Shown: positions 1-14,183 of the stretch, one piece after another
Layout of the letters: every line of letters starts with the position of its first letter
Position numbering within the stretch: the first letter of the stretch is position 1
NCBI GenBank assembly: GCA_951804945.1
Contig: OX638152.1
Span: 86,366,001 to 86,430,000 of the forward strand
DNA: 64,000 nucleotides
Direction of reading: 5' to 3'
DNA from: Podarcis cretensis
Taxonomy: Eukaryota
Program-made: the position numbers and the translations under genes
Notes under the pieces: model-generated
Told to the model about the DNA's origin: nothing
The model's database searches: none
What the model saw: only the letters and a program-made list of their open reading frames with translations

Positions 1-321
1 CAAAGGTTTCAGCACACTGAGTACTACGAGACAGTTACTGCTGCTGTAGAAGCACTACCCTACAGAAAGTCAACATTATTAGTAAGGACAGAAAGGAGAT
101 ATGTTTCAACCCACCAGGGACTTAAGTCACGGCAATTAGTCTGCATTGCTGAATTTGCTTTGTGCTTCAGGCCAAAAATAAGGAGTTGCTTTTCAAGGCT
201 AAAAGCTGGTGGACTTTTTCTTCCATTTCTATCAAATGAGAAGAGTCTGTATCAAAGCCTTAGAGGTAGTGAATTTTGTCTCGTGTCTTAGACTGTGTGC
301 AGAAAAAACCCCAGTGCAGTA

Positions 322-554
322 CAGTGGTACCTCGGGTTACATACACTTCAGGTTACATACGCTTCAGGTTACAGACTCCGCTAACCCAGAAATAGTGCTT
401 CAGGTTAAGAACTTTGCTTCAGGATGAGAACAGAAATTGTGCTCCGGCGGCACGGCAGCACCCATTAGCTAAAGTGGTGCTTCAGGTTAAGAACAGTTTC
501 GGGTTAAGTATGGACCTCTGGAACGAATTAAGTACTTAACCCGAGGTACCACTG
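322..554 (+). mobile_element. Tc1/mariner (pogo/Tigger-like) MITE, family A
   Basis: TA|CAGTGGTACCTCGGGTTA...TAACCCGAGGTACCACTG|TA; TIRs, TA TSD, multiple copies in window. Confidence 0.9.
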
Positions 555-1725
555 TATTTCCTCCCTTAGCTTTGAATACAAATAGAATAAATCTATGTTT
601 TATTGTTCCTGTTTGGGGGTTTTCCACTTGTTTTCAGGTTTCACCTGCTTATTTAGGTTCAGGAATCTTAATGCCAGAAAGATGTTAATTCCCACCCCCA
701 CCCCCATTCCATTTGATTAGTTTTAAGCATTGCATCTGGTGGAAGTTTTCTCTTTAGAATTCTGCTTAGTGGTAGCATCTGGCTGTAGACAATTGGTTCA
801 AAAGGATATAAAGTATCCAATTACATTTTAGTCAGAATAGACCAACTGAAATGAATTAATGTACATGACACAGGTACATTAATTTCAATAGGTCTACTCT
901 GAGCTAAACTTAGTTGGCTACAATATCAAAACTTGCATTCTGTACCACAGAATACCTTGGATATGAAAATTATATCTAAAAAGAGTTTTATCTGCTATAT
1001 ATTTTGGGAAATGGTCTGTTTGTTCTCAAAAGGCTTAGCCGCCTCTTGTGATATTGATGCCAAATTTGGAATGAGGGCTTATGAGGTGGGGGTGGCAGTT
1101 TTTTTCATACTGGCTAATCAAGATGGTCAACCCAAACGTGACTTGGATGTGACTTTGCTCAATTTTTGATGTGGTAAGTTCAAACTGCACCAATTTCAAA
1201 CTTGGCGCAAGGGTTCCCTAAGTGCAGGCAGAGGTTTTGTTGACACTAGGATGCTGGCTGCCATTTTGAATCAAGATGGCGGACTAAAATGTCACTTCAG
1301 CATGATGTTGCCCAATTTTTGGGCAGAGGTTCGGCCCCCTCTCGAGATACTGGTTGTATTTTTTGTCTGGTTAAATTTTGTGTCTCACTATCAGGCTTTT
1401 TGTTAGTTTGAAAGACCATCAAAATATGTTTTGAGAGGGGATTGTTTCTCTCCTTCTGAGGAGTCTGTTTTGAAATATTCTTATTGATGTTTTATATCAT
1501 TACATTTTAAATTTTACCAATAGGGCACATGGTAATATACATTAGTTTAATATCAGTTTAAGAGGACACATTCTATTTCTTTACATTTTGTACCTTATCC
1601 TCTATCTATTGTTGTTGTTGTTTCACTTTATATTTATGCTGTTTGTATATTTACAGTGATCTTGAAGAAATAAATTTCCAGAACTGTATTGTATCTGCAA
1701 TAAATTGCATTTCTAGTACCTAGAA

Positions 1726-1730
<5 letters not shown>

Positions 1731-1781
<51 letters not shown>

Positions 1782-1795
1782 CTCGCTCTCTCTCT
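1731..1795. repeat. (CT)n microsatellite
   Basis: Direct reading. Confidence 0.97.
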
Positions 1796-2065
1796 TGCCT
1801 GCCAAGTAAAGAGCAGATCATACTAACCCTTTAGTATAATAACAATGCTTTTTGTTCTTGATGGAAACAATCATGCAAAAACAGCCACTTTTGCACAGTG
1901 TAGTGAAAATAACTGCATGTGCACTGGTGAACGCCAATACCCCTCAGCTTCATTTGGAATTGGCTCTGTATTTATCAGAGGTCATGAAAGGTCATTTGTT
2001 TCCCTCTCCCCCTTGGGAGTTCTTTCTGAATAACAGTTTATGAATGCGAGCATGCCCTTACTGTA

Positions 2066-2278
2066 CAGTCATACCTCGGGTTAAATATGCTCTGCGGCAA
2101 CCCGGAAGTAACAGAGCGTGTTACTTCCAGGTTTCGCCGCTCGCGTATACGCTCAAAATGACGTCATGCGCATGTGCAGAAACAGCAAAATGCAACCTGC
2201 GCAGATGCGCCGTACGTTCCATTCATGATGCGAACGGGGCTCCGGAATGGATCCCGTTCGCATCCCGAGGTACTACTG
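2066..2278 (+). mobile_element. Tc1/mariner MITE family B
   Basis: TA|CAGTCATACCTCGGG...CCCGAGGTACTACTG|TA; similar to 14184-14432. Confidence 0.82.
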
Positions 2279-3380
2279 TATTGCCTCTGAGGTTTGCCCT
2301 ATCACCACAACTCCTAACAAAACAAGTAAACTGGGTTTGCATCTGGATAGAGAAAGCCATAATCAACTGCTTGCAAGAAACAAATTGAGATTAACCGAGT
2401 CAAATATACTTGACAAATAAAATACTGCTTGGTTAGGTGGATGGGTATCAATGAGAGTTAGAATTAAAAGTCTTTTGCAATTATAAAATTATTTACAAGC
2501 AGCAGCAGGCTTTGGGTGCCTGGTCTACTGAAGTTGGACCACACACATTTTGCCCTTGGAGCTGGAGAAGAAAGCATTTCTAAGAGGAATGGCACTTGAT
2601 TTGCAATACATCCAAGTTAGTCTTATAAACTATGTTAACTATGAACCTTAGTGATATCACTAGGGTTGATATCATTCCACTGGGCGAGGAATGTGTGTGT
2701 GCGTGTGTGTGCGCGCGAACCCAAGAAAAGGAAATAGGTGGAAACAGAGAGATTCAATTAAAGGGCCCTTTTGCAAAGCATTCCCTCCCCCCAATGTATA
2801 GGGTTGCAGCATCAGTAAGGTCATAAAGTACAGCATACGCAACAGGCACACTTTTAAACGCCTGTTGATTTCCCCCCCTATTCCTCCAGGCCTATGCAGG
2901 AAATTAAGAGTACATCCCCCACAATGTTCTATTGATGTTTGTTTTTAATTACTTTGCCTTTAACTTGTTTTATTATTATTTTTATATATAGATAGATACT
3001 TTTGGTGATTTTATGTTGCATACTGCCTTGATTTACAAAATAAATAAAAGTGCAGATTATAAAGACATACTTAAAACAACAAATAAATAAAATCTGTGAT
3101 TAGTTCTGTACGATTAAAAGTTTGGCATCCCGGTTTTTGCCCCAAGATTTGGGTGGGGGTTGTAAATTGTGAACTTCATTTAGAATGCATTCTTAGTCCC
3201 TATAAGACTGCAACTGTAAGCACATTTGCCAGGAAGTATGCCTCTTTGGACTCGGAAGAACTTCTGAGCACACTTAAGTTTGGGGTAGTCCAAATATAGG
3301 CTTAAAAAAATGGTTTTGCCTATCATCCTAGCTTACACCACTAAACGTGTATACAAACCTGCAGGAAATTGATGTAAGTA

Positions 3381-3623
3381 CAGTGGTACCTCAGGTTAAG
3401 TACTTAATTCGTTCCGGAGGTCTGTACTTAACCTGAAACTGTTCTTAACCTGAAGCACCGCTTTAGCTAATAGGGCCTCCCGCTGCTGCTGCGCCACCGG
3501 AGCACAATTTCTGTTCTCATCCTGAAGCAAAGTTCTTAACCTGAAGCACTATTTCTGGGTTAGCGGAGTCTGTAACCTGAAGCATATGTAACCTGAAGCG
3601 TTATGTAACCCGAGGTACTACTT
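3381..3623 (-). mobile_element. Tc1/mariner MITE family A
   Basis: Reverse-orientation copy, TA flanks, slightly decayed right TIR. Confidence 0.88.
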
Positions 3624-4337
3624 TATGTAAATCACTGTAGCTATGAACAGTAAACTTCCAAATGAGATAAGGTTGCATTATTTAGATTCTACACATTATT
3701 TTGTGTCAATAGTAGCTAAGCAACAACAGCACTCTGCTTTGAATACAAACAAGTTGAACACACACTGAAATAGCAGCGGCTTTCTTAAAACTTGTGTGTG
3801 CTCACAAGCACGGTCTTCTCTACTCGCTGGTCTTGCTTTGAGGGCTAGTGATAATTTTATCTCATCTGAACTTCTCTTTAATAACTGTTGACAGCCACAG
3901 ATGCCAGGCCCTTGGTGAGAGCATCTGTTTGCCTATTGAGGATTAAGTTAAACTACTTACTACTTAGCCTTCAGTATAGTAAATCCATCTCGCCTACAGA
4001 CCACAGACTGCCGTAAGTATGCTAATCATATAGAAAAAGATAGACACCCAAATTGTAGCGAGATAAAAAAAATTCAGGCATAGGTAGATGTTCAGCTCCT
4101 GCCCCCCAACTCTACTCCAAGCTTGGGGGGCGAGAGTTCACCAAACCACCCAAACTCCCCCCACTGTTTCTCAAACCCTCATTGCTGCATTTCATCTTTC
4201 ATCAAAAAATGGTCGAAGCAAAAGGATTGTGATGCATGGTAAAAAGTCCTTGGTTATCTCAGACAAACGCACAGCAGCAGACAACTTGGACTCATCTTGT
4301 TTCTCATGCAACTTAAGATGGAGATGAATACACATTA

Positions 4338-4578
4338 CAGTGGTACCTCGGGTTACGTACTTAATTCGTTCTGGAGGTCCGTACTTAAGCTGAAACTGTT
4401 CTTAACCTGAAGTACCACTTTAGCTAATGGGGCCTCCCGCTGCTGCTGCGCCTCTGGAGCACGATTTCTGTTCTCATCCTGAAGCAAATTCTTAAGCTGA
4501 GGAACTATTTCTGGGTTATCGGAGTGTGTAACCTGAAGCATATGTAACCTGAAGCATATGTAACCCAAGGTACCACTG
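4338..4578 (-). mobile_element. Tc1/mariner MITE family A
   Basis: TA|CAGTGGTACCTCGGG...AGGTACCACTG|TA. Confidence 0.9.
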
Positions 4579-5541
4579 TACTTGGGTGAATCAAGGGGAA
4601 CTTTTGCCTGGCACTGTTTTAGAACGCGTAGGATAAAACCATAAAGTTCAAGGGAGACATGTGTTGGACAAGACACAAGAACATATGTCTGGCAGCCAAT
4701 AACTTGTTGAGGCACTCTACTCTAAGCATACATATTCAAAAATGCTCCTTTATTCCCCATAATTGGTGAAGTTGCCCTAGGAAAAAATAAATATATAATG
4801 CACAATTTTTGCAATGCAATTAATTTTTGTTAGGTTTTTTTCTTTAAAAATCCTTTGTCTCTGAATTAATAAGCAATTCAGAATTAATTTCCTACAGACA
4901 TGTAAGTGGATACAAAACAGGCCCCCTTGTTCCTCAATGGTTAATTAAAATTAATTAAACTCATTGATACCTTATCTAACAGCTCCCAAAGCACCCTTAG
5001 TTGATCCACTGTTCATGTAATCCAGCTAAACATTATATTCAAGAAGGATTTAAAAGAGACGACTCTTACGGCTTTGTAACAAAAATGCGTATTTATAAGA
5101 AAATGGCAGTACAGGGCCCGCATTCCATCTTTGAAGATATTCACATCTATGACAGCTGCTGTAGCCTAATGCTTAAAAAATGAGTTGAAAATCAGAAAGT
5201 CCTTGGTTTAGCTCTCACCTATGCCCTGAACTAGACAAAGAGAGATCACCTTCTTCCTCTCAGCTTCAGTCCCAGTCTCCAGCATGGAGATGGTAATGCC
5301 AACCTCGACAAGCTGTCGTAAGAATTACCTTTCAAACAAAGGTTGCTATAACTGAAGTACTTTGATTACACAAGAGTACTACAAAAATATTCAGATTGCT
5401 TTCGCACTAGGTACTTCTGTGGAATAGTTACACATTGTTTTTACGGGGCAACCATGCAACACTGGGAACAAACAGTCTCCTCTTGTTTTCCCCCCACATT
5501 CAACTTCTGGTGTGTGCATCCTCAAAGCTCAGGTTTGCTTC

Positions 5542-5585
<44 letters not shown>
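5542..5585. repeat. (AAT)n microsatellite
   Basis: Direct reading. Confidence 0.97.
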
Positions 5586-5586
<1 letters not shown>

Positions 5587-6123
5587 CCTTGATGGAAAAG
5601 CTGCTCAATTTCTTCAGATACAGATGATCCCACTGTTATTCCTGTAGGGTTATGGATGCACAACCAGTGCTTCCCAAACTCTCTAGGACGCTTGAAAAAT
5701 TGCTGCAGGTTTGCAGATGACTTAATGGTTTTCCTGCCTATTATAGCAATTTTCTGCCACCAGTGGAGAAACAGCAATGGCAGCAGTTTCTGGTGAGATC
5801 TTGTGCACTCTGTGAGCTCTTGCTAGAATTTGCCGCTGCTTCACGGCTGCCACACTACAGACCAGGTAAGGAAGGTTTCAGGAGTGGTGGGGTGGCAGCA
5901 TGGTGGCAAAACGGGACACATTGCTCCTGGCTATGCTAGATGCTGAAGGATTCTTACTTGTTTTTACTGCTTCTCTTATCATTTATTGTATTAACAATAC
6001 AATTATTGTATGGTATTAACATTTGAATCACAAATAATTCAAAGTGCAAGGCAATAAGAAATAATAAAGCAATAAAATTCAATTAAAAATAAATATGAGT
6101 ATCATATATCTTCTACTGCAAAT

Positions 6124-6458
6124 CCACAGACCGTAGGGCTTGCCGATCAGAAGGTCGGTGGTTTGAATCCCCGCGACGGGGTGAGCTCCTGTTGTTCGGT
6201 CCCTGCTCCTGCCAGCATAGCAGTTCGAAAGCACATCAAAGTGCAAGTAGATAAATAGGTACCGCTCCGGCGGGAAGGTAAACGCCGTTTCTGTGTGCTG
6301 CTCTGGTTCACCAGAAGCGGCTTAGTCATGCCGGCCACATGACCTGGAAGCTGTCTGTGGGCAAACGCCGGCTCCCTTGGCCAGTAAAGCGAGATGAGCA
6401 CCGCAACTCCAGAGTCGTCCATGACTGGACTTAATGGTCAGGGGTCCCTTTACCTTTA
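6124..6458 (+). mobile_element. Sauria SINE (5'-truncated)
   Basis: GATCAGAAGGTCGGTGGTTTGAATCC B-box region, GTGCAAGTAGATAAATAGGTACC core, (ACCTTT)n tail. Confidence 0.88.
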
Positions 6459-6642
6459 CTGCACACTCCCTGAATGAAGCTTGCAGGTCACTGGTAATCC
6501 ATGGACCACTGTTTGGGAACCCCTGGTATAGGTTGTTCAGTCATTTTCTAGGCTGTGTCTTAGCCATTTCCTTTTCTATAGTCTGTCTCTCCACTATGAT
6601 TATTATCACATTTATATCCTGCTTTTCCTCCAAGGAGCTCAA

Positions 6643-6893
6643 TGGTAGTGGTTAAGAGCGATAGACTCGTAATCTGGTGAACTGGGTTCGATTCCCCGCT
6701 CCTCCACATGCAGCTGCTGGGTGACCTTGGGCCAGTCACACTTCTCAGAAGTCTCTCAGCCTCACTCACCTCACAGAGTGTTTGTTGTGGGGGAGGAAGG
6801 GAAAGGAGAATGTTAGCCGCTTTGAGACTCCTTCAGGTAGTGATAAAGCGGGATATCAAATCCAAACTCTTCTTCTTCTTCTTCTTCTTCTTC
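6643..6893 (+). mobile_element. tRNA-derived CORE-SINE (Squam3/MIR-like) with (CTT)n tail
   Basis: TAGTGGTTAAGAGCG A-box, GGTTCGATTCC B-box, GCTGGGTGACCTTGGGCCAGTCAC core, (CTT)n tail. Confidence 0.82.
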
Positions 6894-9191
6894 CTGCTCA
6901 TTTTACTCTCATAGGAACTCTGTGTGGTATGCTAGGTGGATATATTTACTGGCCCAAGGTCACCCTCTTCCAACATTTGAGATTGGGGAAATAATAAATG
7001 TATACTTGGCTGGAAGCGGAATTCTTCCTTCACCCGAGTGGGCAATCCCCAATGCAGAACACCAACAGCAGGGTTCCATGCCCAGAAGCTGCTTAAGTAT
7101 TATTCCTGCATGATAAAGCTATGATTGTCACTTCTCTAGCCATTAACTGCTGCAGGGAAGAGAAGATCTAAAAGTCAACCTGTGCCTTTTGGGAGGATGC
7201 ACTGGTTTTTAAAAAGAGAAAATTTAAATCACAAAAGAAGAAGAAAACTGATTTAAAAACAAGCCTCTCATTTTGCGATGTATGCATTTCCTGAACCGCC
7301 TTTCTCTTTATTTGTTTAAATTATATCTGGGCTTTTTGTGCTTCCGTATCAAATCGTTAATTGCTTTTTGCCATCTCTAATAAGACATTGTCTGGAATAT
7401 ACATTGGAATGTGCTGAAATAGGAAATTAAGCTTTGGAAGCAATGTCATTTCAATGGCGGTGATCTTCTCAAATCCTGGGAAAATGTTATTTCATATTGC
7501 TTCGTAACTAAGAAATTGTTATTTTTAACCAGGTCTTTATAATTTTTTTATGATGTATCGATACTTAACCATTCCCATGACCTAGTTATGCATGCAAATT
7601 GAGATAATCTTGCTAAGATGGTTTCCTCTTTGGACATCCAAATTTGTAGCCAAGCTTTCTTATTCTTCCATAATTAATTTCAGAGCATGAAGCTTTACTG
7701 TACTAACTTCTTTCTCTTTAAATTTATTGAAGTCACATTTCAGGACAATTAGTGATAATGTTCATGTCTAACTGCAAACTGATGTATTTTGTGCTCTTGA
7801 CTACTGATAGGGACACCAGCAATTTTTCTATTATTTCTTAATTAAATTTCAGGCAGTTCAATAGAGCTGAGAACAGGGGCCCTAAAGGACACTCTTGACT
7901 TCTCCCTTTCTTCACAGCAATGGTGAATGAATCCAATCTATTTGCTCAGGTCGCTGCTGTTGACTGTTTGCAAACTTGTCCAGTTGTATCAGAAATCACT
8001 GTTCCGTAACCATTCTATATAGCATTGATTTAATAAAGCTCTGTATCTTAGCCTTGGGACTTTCCAAAGTCACACTTCTTCCCACTGACACTGTTTCACA
8101 TCCCCCTTGAGTGTGTTCTCCTGCCATACATCCAGAAACTGTGTTTATGTGGAAAGTGCTTAAATGTCCGGGAAAATCCAGACCTATGGCAAAAAATATT
8201 TTTTTAAACAAAAGCTCAACAACTTTTGTGACCAGACTATTTGAAACATTGCAATCCTACTTATACTAATTAAGACTCCCCAAGGGATGAACCATTACTT
8301 TCTAGTTTCTTAACCTTCATTTAAAATGCCTTCTCCAGTCTTGAGAAAAAGTCATGTGAGAGAAGAGTTTTCCAGGATCATCCTAACTTTTAGGAACAAA
8401 TGTCTTGCAACTACACCTACAAAGAACTGAGCTGAAACAGAACTTACTGCCAGACTAAAGGCTTTCTGTCCAATTATTCCCTGTCATGCATAAATGGACG
8501 CCTTTCTATACACAAACAATGCATGGCATTTCCTCTACGTACCTCACAAAGAAAATAATTACAGGAAAAACGTGACACTTTGCATAATAAATTGACAGGT
8601 TTGCAACAGAAGCCGACCAGTCTCCCATTTGTTTTCTATTTATAAATTGCATTTCCAAAACCTCCAAAAGCTTCTAAGTGGCTAACCACACAGGAACCAT
8701 AAAAACAGACTGAAACCTTCACAAATCTGGATTCCAAGAAAGTTATCACCCTGGCAGCCAGGGAGATCACTATTCAGTGAAAGACGTATCATGCAGTGCA
8801 GGTGTTAACAGTACAGTCCTGACCATGTTTACTCAGAAGCAAGTCCTACTGGATTCAGGGGTGCTAAACCAAGGTAGATTTCTAATGCTTAAAGACACAC
8901 AACAGACTGCAGTGTAATTCTTTACAGGTGGCAGGAGGTCCAAAATCCCAGAGACAAGAGAATAATTTGAAAAGCCAAGGATGTGGTACAGGTAGGCCTA
9001 CATAATTAAGATGTGTTTACAATCCACAAGTTCACTACTGCAATAGAGAGTCAGAGATGTCCTCAGGCTTCTAGTCAGAACAGACACTGCTATTTACCAG
9101 TGAAACTTAACTGTTCAGTTTAATATAAAACACAATTGAGGCCTAGAGCTTCTAACAAGGTAAGTTATCTTATCAGTCTCATAAATAACCA

Positions 9192-10075
9192 CCAGCGGTG
9201 GTTCTTGCGTGCCGAGGTCCCCAGGGCCACCCCAATAACTCACACATCACACAGAATTTTTTGTTTAAGATTTTTGGCATAATTTTGGCCACAACTTTAT
9301 TAACATACAAACTTGTGAGTGGTTGCTTAGGCATTGGTTGCAACTATCTGCCCCCACCATGGGGGACAGACTGACATTCCGCACGATGCGAAAGTCAGAA
9401 TAGGGGAATACACTTGGGGGTAGCGACGGAGCAGGGAACCTGCCCTCAGCCCACCCCAAATGCAGCCAGGAGCTCTTGCAGTGGCCCGAGACGCTTTGAC
9501 AGGATGGACAAGCAATAGTTAGCCCCCAATTCCTTTAACGGAATCCCTTGCAGCAGCAGCAGCATTAGAGGGGCAGGCACAGCCAATCCATGCCCCTCAA
9601 CCAACCAAACCATAAACCAATGCCTAACCGCAACCTTACAAGTTGTGACTATTTGCTACGCAGTAGGCAAAAACCAAATGGCCCCAGCCAATCAGCCAGA
9701 TGGACAAAATTCCTACCGGGCCCCTGCCCCAAGAGCAGACGACCCCATGACAGGCATAGCAAGGTCAAAGCGAACAACCCTAATTGGGGGGGGGGGGGAA
9801 CGGGCAATCCGATGCACGGGCGAAAAGAGGAAGCCCTAGCCTCGTGCAAGGAGTTTTAGCATTTCTGGCTGTCAATCAACAAATGGCAAAATTAACTTCT
9901 TCCCAATGACAAGGGAAGCCCAATTGCATCAGTGGCCAACGGTCAATTAGCCTGGCGGCCCCCACCGCAACACATGCTCTCCATGAAGGAGAACACGCTT
10001 TCTCAAACTGGAAGGCAGATGGCCACACCAACAATTATTAACTTGTCACTTCCGCAGTGCTGCGGCAGGTATTTT
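9192..10075 (-). mobile_element. Probable DIRS/Ngaro (tyrosine-recombinase retrotransposon) terminal-repeat remnant
   Basis: GC-richer block; reverse strand has AATAAAGTTGTGGCC and begins with AAGTGACAAGTTAATAAT; no TG..CA ends or TSD. Recognition by memory only. Confidence 0.45.
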
Positions 10076-10399
10076 ATTGCATTCTCCTTATAAAATTAAA
10101 TCCAGATTCCAGGCACACACGCCCCAATTCATGGTACAAATGTACCACCACATTTACTTTCCCTTTCGTAACATATTTATGCATAAAGACAGGGTAGCGA
10201 GCTGACATACGCCACCCTGTGCCTCATTAACAAGCCAAAAATGTCAATTTTGTGTGTGTGTGCTTTTTCTGTTATCATGCTGCCCACACTAAAGTCATAA
10301 TCTGTTGGCAAGAAATTACAAAAAAACAAACAAAAATAGATGCTTGTAAAAGCAATTGGTGCTTCAAAAGAACAAGTGCAGATATGATACAAGAAAACA

Positions 10400-10798
10400 C
10401 TGTATTTTTCCGTGTGTTGGACGAGGTTTTTCTAACTCAAAAATCACGTCAAAAAACTGGGGTCGTTCAATACACGGATAGTGGCCGGCGGGGGGGAGGG
10501 AGAGAGAAGCAGTGCACTGCCAACCAGCTTGTTGGCAGGAGCATGACTTTCCCCAATGCCGTTGTGTGCGACGGGCATTCCCTGGGTCGTTTCCCGCGCG
10601 CAGCAGCATCGAGAGAGGTTGTGCTCCCGGGAGTGCAACTTCCCCCAATGCCGCTGTGCGCGGGAAATGACCCGGGGAGTGCTTCCTGCCCACAGCTGCG
10701 TGGGGGAGGGGGGAGAGGCTCAACAACATCTCCCCTCATTTTCCTAAAATTGAGTCCCCAAAAATACAAGGGGACATCCTATAGATGGAAAAAAAACA
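10400..10798. mobile_element. Decayed pogo/Tigger-like MITE with GC-rich internal repeats
   Basis: CTGTATTTTTCCGTG start, ...TATAGATGGAAAAA end; repeated TTCCCCAATGCCG unit. Confidence 0.6.
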
Positions 10799-13273
10799 TC
10801 TTATTGTATAGTTATGGAAAACAATCCTCTGACGTTGATCTTATCAACCAGCTACAAAGCCGAGGCTGCTGAAAAGACTCTTGGGCTGGGGTGTTATTTA
10901 CGTGGGGTTCTTGGGAAGGGGTGTTGTTGCCAATATCATTATTAACTTTGGTATCCTTTATTTTAGACCTTATTGTGATTTATGTGGAAATTGTTTAATT
11001 TGGTTGTGTACTTTTTGATGTTTTATTTATTGTTCATGGTTACATTTGTCTCGTTTGTAATTATGGTTTCCCCCCATGCTGTAAGGCACCTTAAACATGG
11101 CTTGAACTATGCAAGCCAGCATACAAATAAAATGACGTATGCATGCGTCTAACCAATAATTTGAGTGGGGGAACCCTTGAGTTTTAAAAGAGAAATGTGC
11201 AAACTTTTTAGAACGACGCAGAAATTAATGTTGCAGTCTCGTAAATTACAGACTTCCCACCAAATAAACATGACGACTTTTTGCACAAAATTGCAGTCTT
11301 TCTTGGGGATGGTCTTGCAATGAAAAATTATCCCAGATTACAGTTTAAGAAGTATTTGTGATGAGACATGTTTTATCATATTAAAATGTAAAGTATTAGA
11401 ATGTATTGTTCAATGGGGATTATAAATGCTGGACAACTGCTCTGCTTTTTCCCTGGAATAGGATTAGGTAAAGTGATAAAAATTGTCCTCATAAGTATTT
11501 CTCTCATACATACACACACATTCATTCCATGTGAAAACTCAGCAATTCAAAATACAGTTACATGTTTCCCAGACCTTTGCCATTCATCACAATGAAACAG
11601 ATCCTAAGGTCAGGTTTTCTGTCACAGCGGTTAATGAACAGCTGAGTCTTCTGCAACATTTTTTTTAAAAATCAAAATCTCCCCTAGCCAGTCATTAACC
11701 AACAGGAAATTCCAGACTGGGAGGTTCTCTTTCAAAAACCCCGAGTAGTTTCTGAGCAAATTTTTATTCAGACTAGTAGGGTAGTTTGTTGCGGTTGTGA
11801 CAAGCTTAAAATCATGATTTTTTTTGTCCCAGTCAAAAAGTCCTAGGACATCAATAGATTTGCAGCCCAAACAAACTGCCGGATTTTGCTTTGTCAGGGG
11901 CCAAACTAGTAAGGATACAGGAGTACTTGTTTTGTTTGTTTACCTTTAAAAAAAGGCACAGAGGACATTCAATTTGACCAGAGCAGCAGCAACGGCAGAG
12001 AGGCTTTTAATGTCTTCTCCACATTCAGTTTCTTCAGTCTAACTTCCCAGTGGCTATTGACCTCATGGGACCGACAGGGGGATGTATGTGAAACGCACTA
12101 TAATTTTCCCCTCACAATGCTAATAGCAGGTTGGGGAGGGATTTTAGATCAGGGAAATGGCTCTCCAAGCAATGCAATCCTGATAAAATTCAAAACTCCC
12201 TTGATGCAAAAAGTCAAAATCCAGCTCACACATACACACCCGAATGCCCTGATCACAAATCTCTCACATTACGTATGATTTGGCCCTTTTCCTTCCATTC
12301 TTTGGCATTTAGTAAGTTTATAAGGCAAATTATAATTTACTAGCCTCAACCATGAATAGTAATTCTACCTAGGTTTTCAACCCAAATTTTGCCTGAGAGC
12401 TCTTTGGAAAAAAATCAATTGCAGTAAACTCAGAGGCAATAAATAATCACTGGGAAGGAACTATAATCCTTCCTCAGTGCTTTAGTTCTTATTTTGTATT
12501 GGAAACCAATAAGGCTTGCTCTAACTAGAAAATAGCAAAAGGTTGCTCCAAGAAAAAAAATATGGTCACTTTGGTTGCTTAAATTCTTACTCCAAAAAGG
12601 TTGTTCATTCATTTACACACATTACCCTAAATCTACAAATGAACTGCTTATTCTTTCAGCAATCTTACTCCCAAGTGGCAGAGTTTAAATATTCATATCA
12701 GAAAAGTTTATGTCTGACAAGTTTTTACAAATCATTGATTCCCCCCCCCAAAAGACATATCACAAACAAGCAAATTTGAACCTATGGTGCAGCTTTTATA
12801 CAAAAGCTTACATAGTGTCCCTTACTCAAGCAATTCTTCCAGAATATTTCCCTCCTTTTACATAGTTTTACTTCTTGAAACTCACTAGGGGGGCAAGTGT
12901 ATAGCAAAATCCGCTGGGAGTGTTGCAGGGCAAACCTGCTGTCTCACTTGTACCATTAACTACTCGTGAGTTGGGTTGAAGGAAGAGTCCAGAAAGCTTA
13001 TTTACTGCAGTAAAGTGTTTCAGCGGGATCACTCCACAAAGGCTGGAACCCCACCCCAGTGCTGGGGGGGGGGGCAGGTTACTTATAGATTTCTTACACA
13101 AAGCATTACAGTTTCTTCCAATCATATGCATTCTCATTACCTCATTCAAAGAAGCATACAAGTTGTCATTAACCAGAACTCATTTAGTTACATTTCATTT
13201 GCCCTGCAAAAGGAGGAGTGGGTTAGAATCCTGTGGATCTCTTCCTGAGAGGTTCTCAGCTCAGCAGAATATA

Positions 13274-13703
13274 CCGTATTTTTCGTCCTATAGGGTGCAC
13301 CGGCCCATAGGATGCACCTCCTTTTTTGGGGAGGGGGGGAAATGAATAAAAAAAAATATTCCGGAGGGCTCCCCGTGCTTCGGGCGGCAGGTACCTCCCG
13401 CCGGGCGCGCGAGGCGCTTGCGGACACCCGCCCGAAGCACGGAGAGCCCTCCGGAGGGCGCCCCGTGCTTCGGGCTGCAGGCTGCTGCCCACAAGCCTTG
13501 TGAGCCTGCGGGAACTCCTGCAGGGCTTGCAAGGCTTGCGGATAGCTTCCTGAAGCCTGGAGAGCGAGAGGGGTCAGTGCGCACCAACCCCCTCTCGCTC
13601 TCCAGGCTTCAGCGAAAGCCTGCATTCGCCCCATAGGATGCACACACATTTCCCCTTCATTTTTGGAGGGGGAAAAGTGCGTCCTATGAGGCGAAAAATA
13701 CGG
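13274..13703. mobile_element. pogo/Tigger-like MITE with CCGTATTTTTCG TIRs (GC-rich interior)
   Basis: TA|CCGTATTTTTCG...CGAAAAATACGG|TA; internal direct and inverted repeats. Confidence 0.85.
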
Positions 13704-14183
13704 TACACTGGCATATCTTCCCCATCCCAACTCAGCCAGGACCCAGCAAAAATGGTGTAGTTCCTCAAACACTATTTTAAAGGCTCATTTCCCCTCTGCC
13801 AGGCTTAGTTAGGCTGACCCAGCCAGCCATAGTCCCATGGCTGAACCAAGTTTGGATCTGGTGTAACTTTATGCTGGCTTAATTTACACTGGCTTGTGTC
13901 ATTCCGGCTTCTTGTGCATATAGGATTGCTCCCTTACTGGATATACAAGAACAAGTCTTAACTATGATTAACTAAACAAGATATGTACAGTGTTTACCTG
14001 CTCAGTCATTAAGCTTATTGATTGTTTTAATTATCTGAATGTTTTAAATACTGCAGCTGTTTTATTGATAATGTTATTGTTTTATTATTTTTATAAACAG
14101 CTTTGAGGTTTTCCTTTCCAATCAAATAGTTATGTAAGTTTTTATGACGTAAATAAATAAGTCTGTCCACAACATTTCATGTA

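Noticed and set aside
6643-6705. tRNA-like sequences (also ~42481, ~56150 and the Sauria SINE heads)
   Set aside because: SINE heads that continue into SINE bodies; not stand-alone tRNA genes.
10252-10872. 206-aa ORF (+)
   Set aside because: Runs through a GC-rich non-autonomous MITE; starts at TTG, has no recognisable domain, and overlaps ORFs in several frames.
13188-13772. 194-aa ORF (-) and overlapping ORFs
   Set aside because: Stop-poor GC-rich interior of the 13274-13703 MITE; the repeated peptide mirrors DNA repeats.
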